Below are positions 30,537 to 38,610 of a stretch of 64,000 nucleotides of DNA, one piece after another. Numbering within the stretch: the first letter of the stretch is position 1; the number at the start of each line of letters is the position of its first letter. The position numbers and the translations under genes were made by a program. The notes below the pieces were generated by a model. That model worked only from the letters and a program-made list of their open reading frames with translations, did no database searches and was not told the DNA's origin. Origin of the DNA: Gammaproteobacteria bacterium (lineage in GTDB: Bacteria; Pseudomonadota; Gammaproteobacteria; Eutrophobiales; Eutrophobiaceae); contig CAXMWX010000007.1 in the NCBI GenBank assembly GCA_963422205.2, forward strand, positions 149,508-213,507. Direction: 5' to 3'.

Positions 30537-30660
30537 CAGACGGCAGAATACAGAGGACAGAACATAAAGATGGCGCAAAGCGCCATGCCGCCAGTCTGTC
30601 TTCAGTTCTCCGTCCCCTGCTTGCGCGCTGCGCGCAGGCAAGTCTGTCCTCCGTCATCCG
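30526..30660. repeat. Heptamer-repeat palindromic cassette H7, read in frame as the gpX N-terminus
   Basis: Central ATGGCGC-AAA-GCGCCAT hairpin; nested 27-bp hairpin 30616-30642 is the exact reverse complement of 21025-21051. Confidence 0.9.
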
Positions 30661-30859
30661 TACTCAGAATGGCGATATGCTCGATGCGCTATGTCACCAG
30701 CACTATCCCGACATCAAACCATCAGAGGCCATGCCCGTTGTCCTGGCGGCTAACCCCGGCCTGGAACAGCAACCAGCGGTGTTGCCCGAGGGCATGACGA
30801 TAACCCTGCCCGACATCCCAAGGCCAGCGCCCGAAGCGGCTATTGAGTTGTGGAGTTAG
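30533..30859 (+). CDS. Phage tail protein X (P2 gpX-like) with cassette-derived N-terminal extension
   Basis: RT..GDMLDALC..HY, VLAANPGL, LP.G..I.LPD and LW motifs; ATG overlaps the gpU stop. Confidence 0.85.
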   Translation: MTDGRIQRTEHKDGAKRHAASLSSVLRPLLARCAQASLSSVIRTQNGDMLDALCHQHYPDIKPSEAMPVVLAANPGLEQQPAVLPEGMTITLPDIPRPAPEAAIELWS

Positions 30860-30860
30860 T

Positions 30861-31826
30861 ATGTTGCCAGTGACTTTGCAGATACACATTAACGGGGATG
30901 ATAAAACCGCCCGCATCGCTGACCGATTGGTATCCTTAACTGTCACCGACAATGCCGGTATCGATTCCGACACCTTGGCACTGACCCTGGACGACCGCCA
31001 CCCGCACATCATCCTGCCACCCATCGAGGCCAGCCTGAAACTCTGGCTGAACGGTGTCTATATGGGCTATTACCATGTCAGTGAGCTGGAAACAGACGAT
31101 AAAGCCGGCACCCTGACCATCGCCGCCACCGGCGCCCGCTTCACCGGCCCTATCAAAGCCCCCAGAGATGCCAGCTACGATGACATCACCTTAGGTGCGC
31201 TGGCCGGGATGATCGCCGAGCGCCACGGCCATCGGCTGGCGATACACGCTGAACTCAACGCCACTCCCTTAGGCCATGTGGATCAGCGCGGGGAGTCCGA
31301 TTTGGCCTTACTCACCCGTCTGACCCAACCCCTGGATGCCATCACCAAGCTGGCTGATAACCAACTGATTATCGTACCCAAAGATGCGGCCAGGTCGGTC
31401 AGCGGTCACACCCTGCCTGCCCTTCACGTAAATGCCCAGGCACGAGGCGTCTTTATCCGTGGGACGATCAAGGGACGGGCCAAGGTGAGCCAGGTCAAGG
31501 CCCACTGGCAGAGCGCCGAGATGCCGCAGAAGCAGGCGGTCACGGCTGGTGAGAGCGGGCAGAGCTACACACTCAAGGAAACCTACACCACCCAGGCCGA
31601 GGCCGAAGCTGCCGCCAGGGCGAAACTGGCCGAACTCGGGCGTGCCGAGGTAGACATCGCCATCACCCTGCCCGGTGACCCGAACACCAAGGCCGAGCGC
31701 TTATTGGCCTTAACCAACCACCGCCATGCGGGGCAGTACATCATCCAGACGGCTACCCACAGCATTAGCCCAGGGCAGGTCTATACCACCGCCATGACTG
31801 CCACTACGAAAAGGAGACGACCATGA
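30861..31826 (+). CDS. Phage late control D / baseplate hub protein (P2 gpD-like)
   Basis: RL.SL.VTD..G..SD.L.L.LDDR and HVDQ..ESD...LTRL motifs. Confidence 0.92.
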   Translation: MLPVTLQIHINGDDKTARIADRLVSLTVTDNAGIDSDTLALTLDDRHPHIILPPIEASLKLWLNGVYMGYYHVSELETDDKAGTLTIAATGARFTGPIKAPRDASYDDITLGALAGMIAERHGHRLAIHAELNATPLGHVDQRGESDLALLTRLTQPLDAITKLADNQLIIVPKDAARSVSGHTLPALHVNAQARGVFIRGTIKGRAKVSQVKAHWQSAEMPQKQAVTAGESGQSYTLKETYTTQAEAEAAARAKLAELGRAEVDIAITLPGDPNTKAERLLALTNHRHAGQYIIQTATHSISPGQVYTTAMTATTKRRRP

Positions 31827-32100
31827 ACACATAGCAACATAAGAGACAGATAAAGAGGAGCGACCGGCAAGGTGTTAGCCCACCCCACCGGCCAGCGAAT
31901 CACTGATAAGACCAGTGAGCCACCTAAAGCCCCCCTGCCACGTACGCGGCGAGGGGGAGCGTAACAGAAAGTAGACAAGAGGATAAGCTCACATGAACAC
32001 AACCGCCGAAGCCGTCAAACCCGTTGCCCCCTATGTGGGCGGCAAAATACTACTGGCCAAGACCATCATCAGTCGCATTGAGGCCATCCCCCACACCTGC

Positions 32101-32148
32101 TCGGCTCTGGCTTCCTGCTTCGCTCTACCGATGACATCCCTGTCATCG
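32101..32148 (-). repeat. 48-bp double-hairpin element, in frame in the MTase
   Basis: Reverse complement CGATGACAGGGATGTCATCGGTAGAGCGAAGCAGGAAGCCAGAGCCGA; removal restores PHTC-YAEPF. Confidence 0.85.
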
Positions 32149-32169
32149 TATGCTGAACCCTTTATCGGC

Positions 32170-32218
32170 ACCGGTTTTTGCTGCTGCAAAATCGGCATAC
32201 CGTACATCCCTGTACATA
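32170..32218 (-). repeat. 49-bp double-hairpin element frameshifting the MTase
   Basis: Near-identical reverse complement of 23247-23294; removal restores EPFIG-MGGIF. Confidence 0.9.
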
Positions 32219-33007
32219 ATGGGCGGGATATTCTTAAGACGACCTGAGCGAGCAAAAAGTGAAGTCATCAACGACTACAACCGGGAGGTATCGAACTTCT
32301 TTCGTATCCTGCAACGCCATTATGTCGCCTTTATGGAGATGATGCGCTTCCAGATCACCACAAGAGCCGAGTTCGAACGCTTAACCCGAACAGCCCCTGA
32401 GACCCTGACCGACCTGGAACGTGCTGCTCGCTTCCTGTACTTACAGCGCACCGCCTTCAGTGGTAAACCCTCCGGACAGAATTTTGCTACAGATAAAGTC
32501 CACCCCGCCCGCTTTGACATCACCAAGCTGGCGCCCATGCTCGAAGATCTCCATAGCCGCTTAACCCGTGTCGTGATTGAATGCCTGCCCTACCAGGACT
32601 TCATAAGACGCTATGATGGCGATGAGACCCTGTTCTACCTTGACCCACCGTATTACCGCTGTGAACACTACTATGGCAAAGACCTGTTCCACCGGGACGA
32701 CTTCGTCACCTTGAGTGAACTGCTGGGCGAGATAAAAGGCCGGTTCATCCTCTCACTGAACGATGTGCCGGAGATAAGAGAGCTGTTCAAGAGCTTCCAC
32801 ATCGAGGCCATCAAGACCCACTACTCAGTGAATAAAGGCAAACGGAAAGAAGCAGGCGAAGTGCTGATCAGCAATGCCTAGAGCAATGATCAGGGGTGAG
32901 TGAGCGGACGGGTCAGCAGGCAGGTGGACAGATCGGAAGTGTAAGCCCCTTGCCCTAACAGTCCAGCAGCGAAAATCCAACGAAAGTTGACATAGTCAAC
33001 ACCACTG

Positions 33008-33059
33008 CACAGCCATCTTTCGCATCAATGGCGAATTTTTTTCGCAAGCCTTTAGTCTG
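33008..33059 (-). repeat. Right terminal inverted repeat (CCATCTTTCGCA at 33013-33024)
   Basis: Reverse complement CAGACTAAAGGCTTGCGAAA...ATTGATGCGAAAGATGGCTGTG matches the left end. Confidence 0.88.
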
Positions 33060-33104
33060 TCAGGTTGGAGTATGCCTATTAGGTGGGGTGGGATGACGCA
33101 GGGG

Positions 33105-33345
33105 CGACTGCTCAGGATGGCAGTAACCCGTCATTCTGAGCGTAGCGAAGAATCTATGGTTCTGTGTGATAGATCCTTCGTCACTTTGTTCCTCAGGATG
33201 ACGAGAGGGAGGGCAACTGCTCAGGATGTGACAAGCAGCACGTCATTCTGAGCGAACGACTACAGGGATGTAGGAGGTAGAGAATGTCAGGAACACATTA
33301 TCGAGGTAGAAAACGTCGGGAACAGGTTTTCGAGCGAAGAATCTA
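33105..33345. repeat. Cluster of REP-like palindromes with a nested 77-bp hairpin-element insertion (33257-33333)
   Basis: GTCATTCTGAGCGTAGCGAAGAATCT...CTCAGGATGAC; second copy split as GTCATTCTGAGCGAA[insert]GCGAAGAATCT. Confidence 0.82.
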
Positions 33346-33546
33346 TGTGCTACTGCAATAGAGCCTTACGGTCGCTCGAAAATAGGCCAGGGATGGTTGG
33401 GGATACGTGATGCTTATAGCGGGGGGTGCTGATCAGAGGGTTCTTGTTTGTATGTGCCTTGGCTGCCGGGTCATTGCAGTGACTGCGGCTGCACGCCATG
33501 CGGTATGTATGCTAGTATCAGCGTCCCGACCAGGTGAGGCAGAGCG

Positions 33547-33669
33547 ATGAGCGCCGTGATGTTTGATACGCTGAAATTTACCCGTCGACTGAAAGATGTC
33601 GGTGTGTCGGTGTTGAGTGGGGCGATAGCAGTCCATCGCAAGAGGCAATGGGTGGCGGCAGGCGTGTAG
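33547..33669 (+). pseudogene. Truncated third DUF1640-like paralog
   Basis: [20 protein letters not shown] then diverges and stops. Confidence 0.8.
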
Positions 33670-33691
33670 GCAAAAGATGGCACCTGCCCGG

Positions 33692-33915
33692 TCAGTCGTT
33701 GGCGTAGACAGTCGGGTCGGTGATGCTGGCCGCTGTGAAAGCCCTGACGCCGAAACCGACAGGCATCACAACGGCCACATGCCTGGCCTGCTTCGTCTGC
33801 CTGATAGCAGGAGATAGTGAGATCATAATCCACACCAAGGCGGCTTCCCGTTCGAATGATCTGTGCCTTGTTCATGCCGATCAGGGGCGTATGGATGGCA
33901 AAAGACTGACCGACA
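33692..33915 (-). pseudogene. queC: 3' fragment of 7-cyano-7-deazaguanine synthase
   Basis: IHTPLI.MNKAQII..G..LGVDY..T.SCY......CG.CDAC..R..GF; 5' two-thirds absent; +1 shift before DPT.Y. Confidence 0.85.
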
Positions 33916-34052
33916 AGCGGGTAGAGATGATGGGCGGGGATAGCGGTCAGGGATGGGGGGATGGGATAACCGGGGAGGCGACCTGGTCTGGTGGCGGCTG
34001 AGAGGATGGTGATGACTTTTCTGGCTGATGCGGGCTGTTGTGGGGGTAGTGG

Positions 34053-36962
34053 TCAGGCGTATTCCTCTACCGGTACGCAACTGCAAAACAGATGCTTATC
34101 GCCCTGGACGTTATCAATGCGTCCGACCGGCGGCCAGTATTTATCATCCTGAATATAGCGCATGGGATAAAACGCCTGCTGCTTCGTGTACGGTTTATCC
34201 CAGTCTTCCTGGAGCAACAGATTATGCGTGTGTGGGGCATTCTTTAACAGGTTGTTGTGTTGGTCGGCAATCCCCTGCTCTACGGCCTGTATCTCCTGCC
34301 GGATGGCAATCATGGCATCACAAAACCGATCCAACTCGCGCTTGTTTTCGCTCTCGGTCGGCTCAATCATCAAGGTATCGGCCACCGGAAACGACATGGT
34401 CGGGGCATGAAATCCATAATCAATCAGGCGTTTCGCCACATCATCCACCGTGATCCCGGTGGCCGCCCTGATCCCCTTCAGATCAATGATGCACTCATGC
34501 GCCACCATGTTGTTTTTACCCGTATAGAGCACCGGATAATGATCCCGCAGCCGATGCGCCGTGTAATTGGCCGCCAGTATCGCCACCATCGTTGCCCGCC
34601 TCAGCCCATGTGCCCCCATCATGGCGATATAGGCCCAGGAGACCGTCAGGATGCTGGCCGACCCCCAGGGGGCTGCCGAGACAGTGCCGATCGTGCCTTG
34701 CTCATTGGCTGCCGGGTTCACCCCATCGACCACCGGATGATCGGGCAGGAACGGCGCCAGATGGCCGGCAACGCCCACCGGCCCCATGCCTGGCCCGCCA
34801 CCGCCGTGCGGAATAGCAAAGGTCTTGTGCAGATTAATGTGCATCACATCCGCCCCGATGGTGGTCGGCTTGGCAATTCCGACCAGCGCATTCATGTTCG
34901 CCCCATCCAGATACACCTGCCCGCCGTGGGCATGAATGATCTTGCAGATATCAACAATCGCCGCTTCGAATACGCCATGGGTGGAGGGGTAGGTGATCAT
35001 GAGGGCAGCCAGCCGTTCGCTGTGCTGGCCTGCCTTGGCCTGCAAATCGGCAACGTCCACATTGCCCTGCTCATCACAGGCCACCACTACCACACGCAGC
35101 CCGGCCATGACCGCACTGGCCGGATTGGTGCCGTGGGCAGATGCCGGGATCAGGCAGATGTCTCTGTGCATCTCGCCCCGGCTTGCATGGTATTGGCGGA
35201 TCACCAGCAAGCCGGTGTACTCCCCTTGAGAGCCAGCATTGGGTTGCAGGGTAAAGGCGGCAAACCCGCTCAGATCACATAACATCTCCTCCAGCTCATC
35301 AAACAGCTGCAAATACCCCTGTGCCTGATCCAGCGGCGCAAACGGGTGCATGGCGCTGAACTCACGATAGGACAGCGCTTGTAATTCAGTCGCTGCATTC
35401 AGCTTCATGGTGCAGGAGCCCAGCGGGATCATCGCCCGATCAAGGGCAATGTCCCGGCGTGCCAGTGAGCGCATGTAGCGCATCATCTCGGTCTCGCAGT
35501 GATAACGCTCAAATACCGGATGGGTCAGCAAGGGGCGGTCTCGGCGCAGTGCTTCGGGCAGGCATTCTGCCAATGTGCTGTCAAGCGCATCACTGTCCAG
35601 CGCTGCGGCCTCACGGCCGATAAATACCTGCCACAGGACGCTCAACTCGGTGCGGGTGGTGGTCTCATCAAAGGCGATGCTCAAGTGATCCGCATCAATC
35701 ACGCGCAGATTGATACGTGCTTCCCGCGCCCGTGCGGCAATGCGTCTGGCCTTGCCGGGCAGCCTGAAGGTCACGGTATCGAAGAATACCGGCGTGCTGA
35801 TTTCAATGCCGTGCTGTGCGAGACCAGCGACAAAGAGCTGCATCAGCCGGTGTACCCGGCTGGCAATCAGGCGCAGGCCCTTGGGGCCGTGGTAGACGGT
35901 ATAAAAGCCAGCAATCACTGCCAGCAACACCTGGGAGGTGCAGATGTTGCTGGTGGCCTTTTCTCGACGGATGTGTTGTTCTCTGGTCTGCAAAACCATA
36001 CGCAGGGCTGGCTGTCCGTGCTGATCTGCCGATACGCCGATAACACGCCCCGGCATGGCGCGAACAAACGCCTTGCGGGTGGCGAAGAAGGCCGCATGCG
36101 GCCCGCCGTAGCCCATGGGGACACCGAACCGCTGCGAATTGCCTATCACGATATCCGCGCCCATCTCCCCGGGCGGCTTCAACTCGACCAGTGCCAGTAA
36201 ATCCGAGGCCACGATGACCAGTGCCTTGCAGTCGTGGGCCTGTGCAATGACGGCTTGCAGATCATTCACCTGGCCGCTGGAACCGGGATAACTCAGCAGC
36301 ACGGCGAAGGGCTGTGTCTGGCTTATGCCCCGGCTCATGTCCTGTTGCGGGTCGCCGATGATGACCTCATAACCCATGTATCTCGCCCGGGTTTGCAGCA
36401 CGGCCAGGGTTTGCGGGTGGGTGTCCTGATCGACAAAAAATTCCGTGCCGGGGTGTTTACCGACACGCTTGCACATGGTCATGGCCTCAGCCGCCGCCGT
36501 GGCCTCATCCAGCATGGAGGCATTGGCGATCTCCATCGCCGTCAAGTCGGTCACCATTTGCTGAAAATTCAACAGGGCTTCCAGCCGCCCCTGGCTGATC
36601 TCCGCCTGATAAGGCGTATAAGCCGTGTACCAGGCCGGATTCTCCAGCACGTTGCGCTTGATGACAGCCGGCATGATGGTGCCGTAATAGCCCATGCCGA
36701 TCATGGAGATAAACACGCGGTTACGTTCGCGCATCTTTCTTAGATGGGTGATCACGGCGCGCTCGCTGATCGTCTCGGTCAGCGCCAGTGCGTCCTGGTT
36801 AAGAATGGCCTCGGGCACGGCCTGAGGAATGATGTCTTCCAGCGTATCCAGCTTCAAGGCCGCCAGCATATCGGCGATTTGCTGGCTGTTAGGGCCGATG
36901 TGGCGGCGGATGAAGTCGCCCCGCATCTCCAGCTCTGCCAGCGTCTTTCGGTGTGTTGTCAT
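34053..36962 (-). CDS. gcvP: Glycine dehydrogenase (decarboxylating)
   Basis: YTPYQAEISQGRLE, REKATSNICT, PLGSCTMKLN and NLHKTFAIPHGGGGPG motifs. Confidence 0.98.
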   Translation of the reverse strand: MTTHRKTLAELEMRGDFIRRHIGPNSQQIADMLAALKLDTLEDIIPQAVPEAILNQDALALTETISERAVITHLRKMRERNRVFISMIGMGYYGTIMPAVIKRNVLENPAWYTAYTPYQAEISQGRLEALLNFQQMVTDLTAMEIANASMLDEATAAAEAMTMCKRVGKHPGTEFFVDQDTHPQTLAVLQTRARYMGYEVIIGDPQQDMSRGISQTQPFAVLLSYPGSSGQVNDLQAVIAQAHDCKALVIVASDLLALVELKPPGEMGADIVIGNSQRFGVPMGYGGPHAAFFATRKAFVRAMPGRVIGVSADQHGQPALRMVLQTREQHIRREKATSNICTSQVLLAVIAGFYTVYHGPKGLRLIASRVHRLMQLFVAGLAQHGIEISTPVFFDTVTFRLPGKARRIAARAREARINLRVIDADHLSIAFDETTTRTELSVLWQVFIGREAAALDSDALDSTLAECLPEALRRDRPLLTHPVFERYHCETEMMRYMRSLARRDIALDRAMIPLGSCTMKLNAATELQALSYREFSAMHPFAPLDQAQGYLQLFDELEEMLCDLSGFAAFTLQPNAGSQGEYTGLLVIRQYHASRGEMHRDICLIPASAHGTNPASAVMAGLRVVVVACDEQGNVDVADLQAKAGQHSERLAALMITYPSTHGVFEAAIVDICKIIHAHGGQVYLDGANMNALVGIAKPTTIGADVMHINLHKTFAIPHGGGGPGMGPVGVAGHLAPFLPDHPVVDGVNPAANEQGTIGTVSAAPWGSASILTVSWAYIAMMGAHGLRRATMVAILAANYTAHRLRDHYPVLYTGKNNMVAHECIIDLKGIRAATGITVDDVAKRLIDYGFHAPTMSFPVADTLMIEPTESENKRELDRFCDAMIAIRQEIQAVEQGIADQHNNLLKNAPHTHNLLLQEDWDKPYTKQQAFYPMRYIQDDKYWPPVGRIDNVQGDKHLFCSCVPVEEYA

Positions 36963-37045
36963 GGTTATCTGCTCCAATGCCCGGTGTTGCCTGACCGCCC
37001 TGCCCTAACAATCGCCCGGCGCTCACCTGGCAGGGACGGGCGGGA

Positions 37046-37423
37046 TTAGCTGGCGTTAATCAACTGCTGATAGGCCGCCTCATCCATATACTCATCCAGT
37101 GCAGCGATGTCCTGCGCCGTCATGGCAAAGAACCAGCCCTCGCCCTCTGGGTCGGCGTTGGCCAGCTCCGGTGCATCGTGCAGTTTGTCATTGACCGCGG
37201 TCACTTCCCCGGACAGCGGTGCCTTGATATCACTGGCTGCCTTGACCGACTCCACCACGGCAACCTCGCTACCAACGGCAATGGAAGCACCGATGGCCGG
37301 CAACTCAACAAACACCACGTCACCTAATTGCTCCTGTGCATAGTGCGTGATGCCAATCACGACCTCTCCGGCGGCATTGACACGCAGCCATTCATGCTCT
37401 TCGGTGTATTTGGTCTCGCTCAT
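37046..37423 (-). CDS. gcvH: Glycine cleavage system H protein
   Basis: HEW and VESVKAASD lipoyl motif. Confidence 0.97.
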   Translation of the reverse strand: MSETKYTEEHEWLRVNAAGEVVIGITHYAQEQLGDVVFVELPAIGASIAVGSEVAVVESVKAASDIKAPLSGEVTAVNDKLHDAPELANADPEGEGWFFAMTAQDIAALDEYMDEAAYQQLINAS

Positions 37424-37431
37424 CTGTATCC

Positions 37432-38547
37432 TCAATGTGTATGGTATCGATGTTCAACGAATGGCAACGGCACCACGGTCAGTGCCAGCCGCTGGTGGCG
37501 CACCTCAGCATACAAGGCCGTACCCGGCCGGGCGCATGACGGCGGCACGTAGGCCATCGCTATAGGGGCGGCGACCGTTGGCCCGTAACCACCGCTGCTG
37601 ATCCTGCCAACGGCAGCCCCGTCAGCAGCGGTTACTGTAGCACCTGCCCTGACGGGAATTCTACCAGATACCCGCAGGCCGACACGCACTTTTTCCACGC
37701 CCTCGGCAAGCTGTCGCAATAGCAACTCTGCCCCGGGGAAGCAGGGGCTTGCCCCCTCATCGGCCCGATATTTTTTCGCTATCAGCCAGCCCAGCCCGGC
37801 CTCCACCGGGGTAATATCGGGGGTAAGATCCTGCCCGTACAGACACAAGCCGGCCTCCAGACGCAAAGAGTCCCTTGCGCCAAGGCCAGCAAGCCTGACT
37901 GCCTCGGCACAGAGTAGCTGCTCGACAAACGGCTGGGTATGACTGTTTGGCAGGCTGATTTCAAAGCCATCTTCGCCGGTATACCCCGAACGGGTAATAA
38001 ACAATTCCACGCCGTTGACGTGGTATTGTCCGGCCTGCATGAAGCGCAACGCATCCACGGCCGGGATGATGTCACGCAGAGCCCCGGCAGCGGCCGGGCC
38101 CTGCAATGCCAGCAGATCATGATCATCCAGCAGGCTGATCGCCGCATCAGTACCGAAATGCTGGCGCAGACAGGCCACGTCCTGCTGCTTGCAGGCGGCA
38201 TTGACGATCAGCCTCACGCCATCCGTGCGCGGCGTGATGATCAAATCATCCAGCACACCGCCAGCGGCATTGGTCAATACGCTGTAGCGGCTGTGATCAG
38301 TTGGCAGTGTGTCCAGATCAGACGGCACCAGGTGCTGCAAACCGGCCAGCACATCCGCACCGCTGATCTGAATCTGCCCCATGTGCGAGACATCAAACAA
38401 GGAGGCGTGCTGGCGGGTGTGCAGGTGTTCGTGCTTGATCCCGTGTTGATACTGTATGGGCAGGTGGTAGCCGGCAAACGCCACCAGGCGTGCGCCATGC
38501 TGTTGATGCAGCGCATGCAGAGTCGTGGTTTTGATCGTGTGAGTCAT
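37432..38547 (-). CDS. gcvT: Glycine cleavage aminomethyltransferase T
   Basis: FDVSHMG, RSGYTGEDGFE and GLGARDSLRLEAG motifs. Confidence 0.97.
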   Translation of the reverse strand: MTHTIKTTTLHALHQQHGARLVAFAGYHLPIQYQHGIKHEHLHTRQHASLFDVSHMGQIQISGADVLAGLQHLVPSDLDTLPTDHSRYSVLTNAAGGVLDDLIITPRTDGVRLIVNAACKQQDVACLRQHFGTDAAISLLDDHDLLALQGPAAAGALRDIIPAVDALRFMQAGQYHVNGVELFITRSGYTGEDGFEISLPNSHTQPFVEQLLCAEAVRLAGLGARDSLRLEAGLCLYGQDLTPDITPVEAGLGWLIAKKYRADEGASPCFPGAELLLRQLAEGVEKVRVGLRVSGRIPVRAGATVTAADGAAVGRISSGGYGPTVAAPIAMAYVPPSCARPGTALYAEVRHQRLALTVVPLPFVEHRYHTH

Positions 38548-38610
38548 GCTGCTGTCCTTTAATTTCGGCAACGCGGCAGTCTCCCACATTATACCAGCAA
38601 TGCAAGCCGG

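Larger units (their letters stand above)
31993..32881 (+). pseudogene. D12-class DNA adenine methyltransferase disrupted by two hairpin-element insertions
   Basis: PYVGGK, YAEPF.GMGG, EVIND and FYLDPPY motifs; 48-bp in-frame insert plus 49-bp frameshifting insert. Confidence 0.9.
13023..33059. mobile_element. Defective transposable (Mu-like head, P2-like tail) prophage bounded by terminal inverted repeats
   Basis: Contiguous head, tail and MTase genes; matching inverted ends; no transposase, repressor or lysis ORFs recognised. Confidence 0.9.

Noticed and set aside
16098-30660. Heptamer cassettes as a CRISPR array or simple terminators
   Set aside because: No constant repeat with unique spacers and no cas genes; the cassettes are dispersed, lack U tails and lie inside an operon
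34257-36743. Long plus-strand ORFs opposite gcvP (and similar shadows opposite lolC/E, parC and tape measure)
   Set aside because: Antisense shadows of GC-rich coding genes without protein motifs
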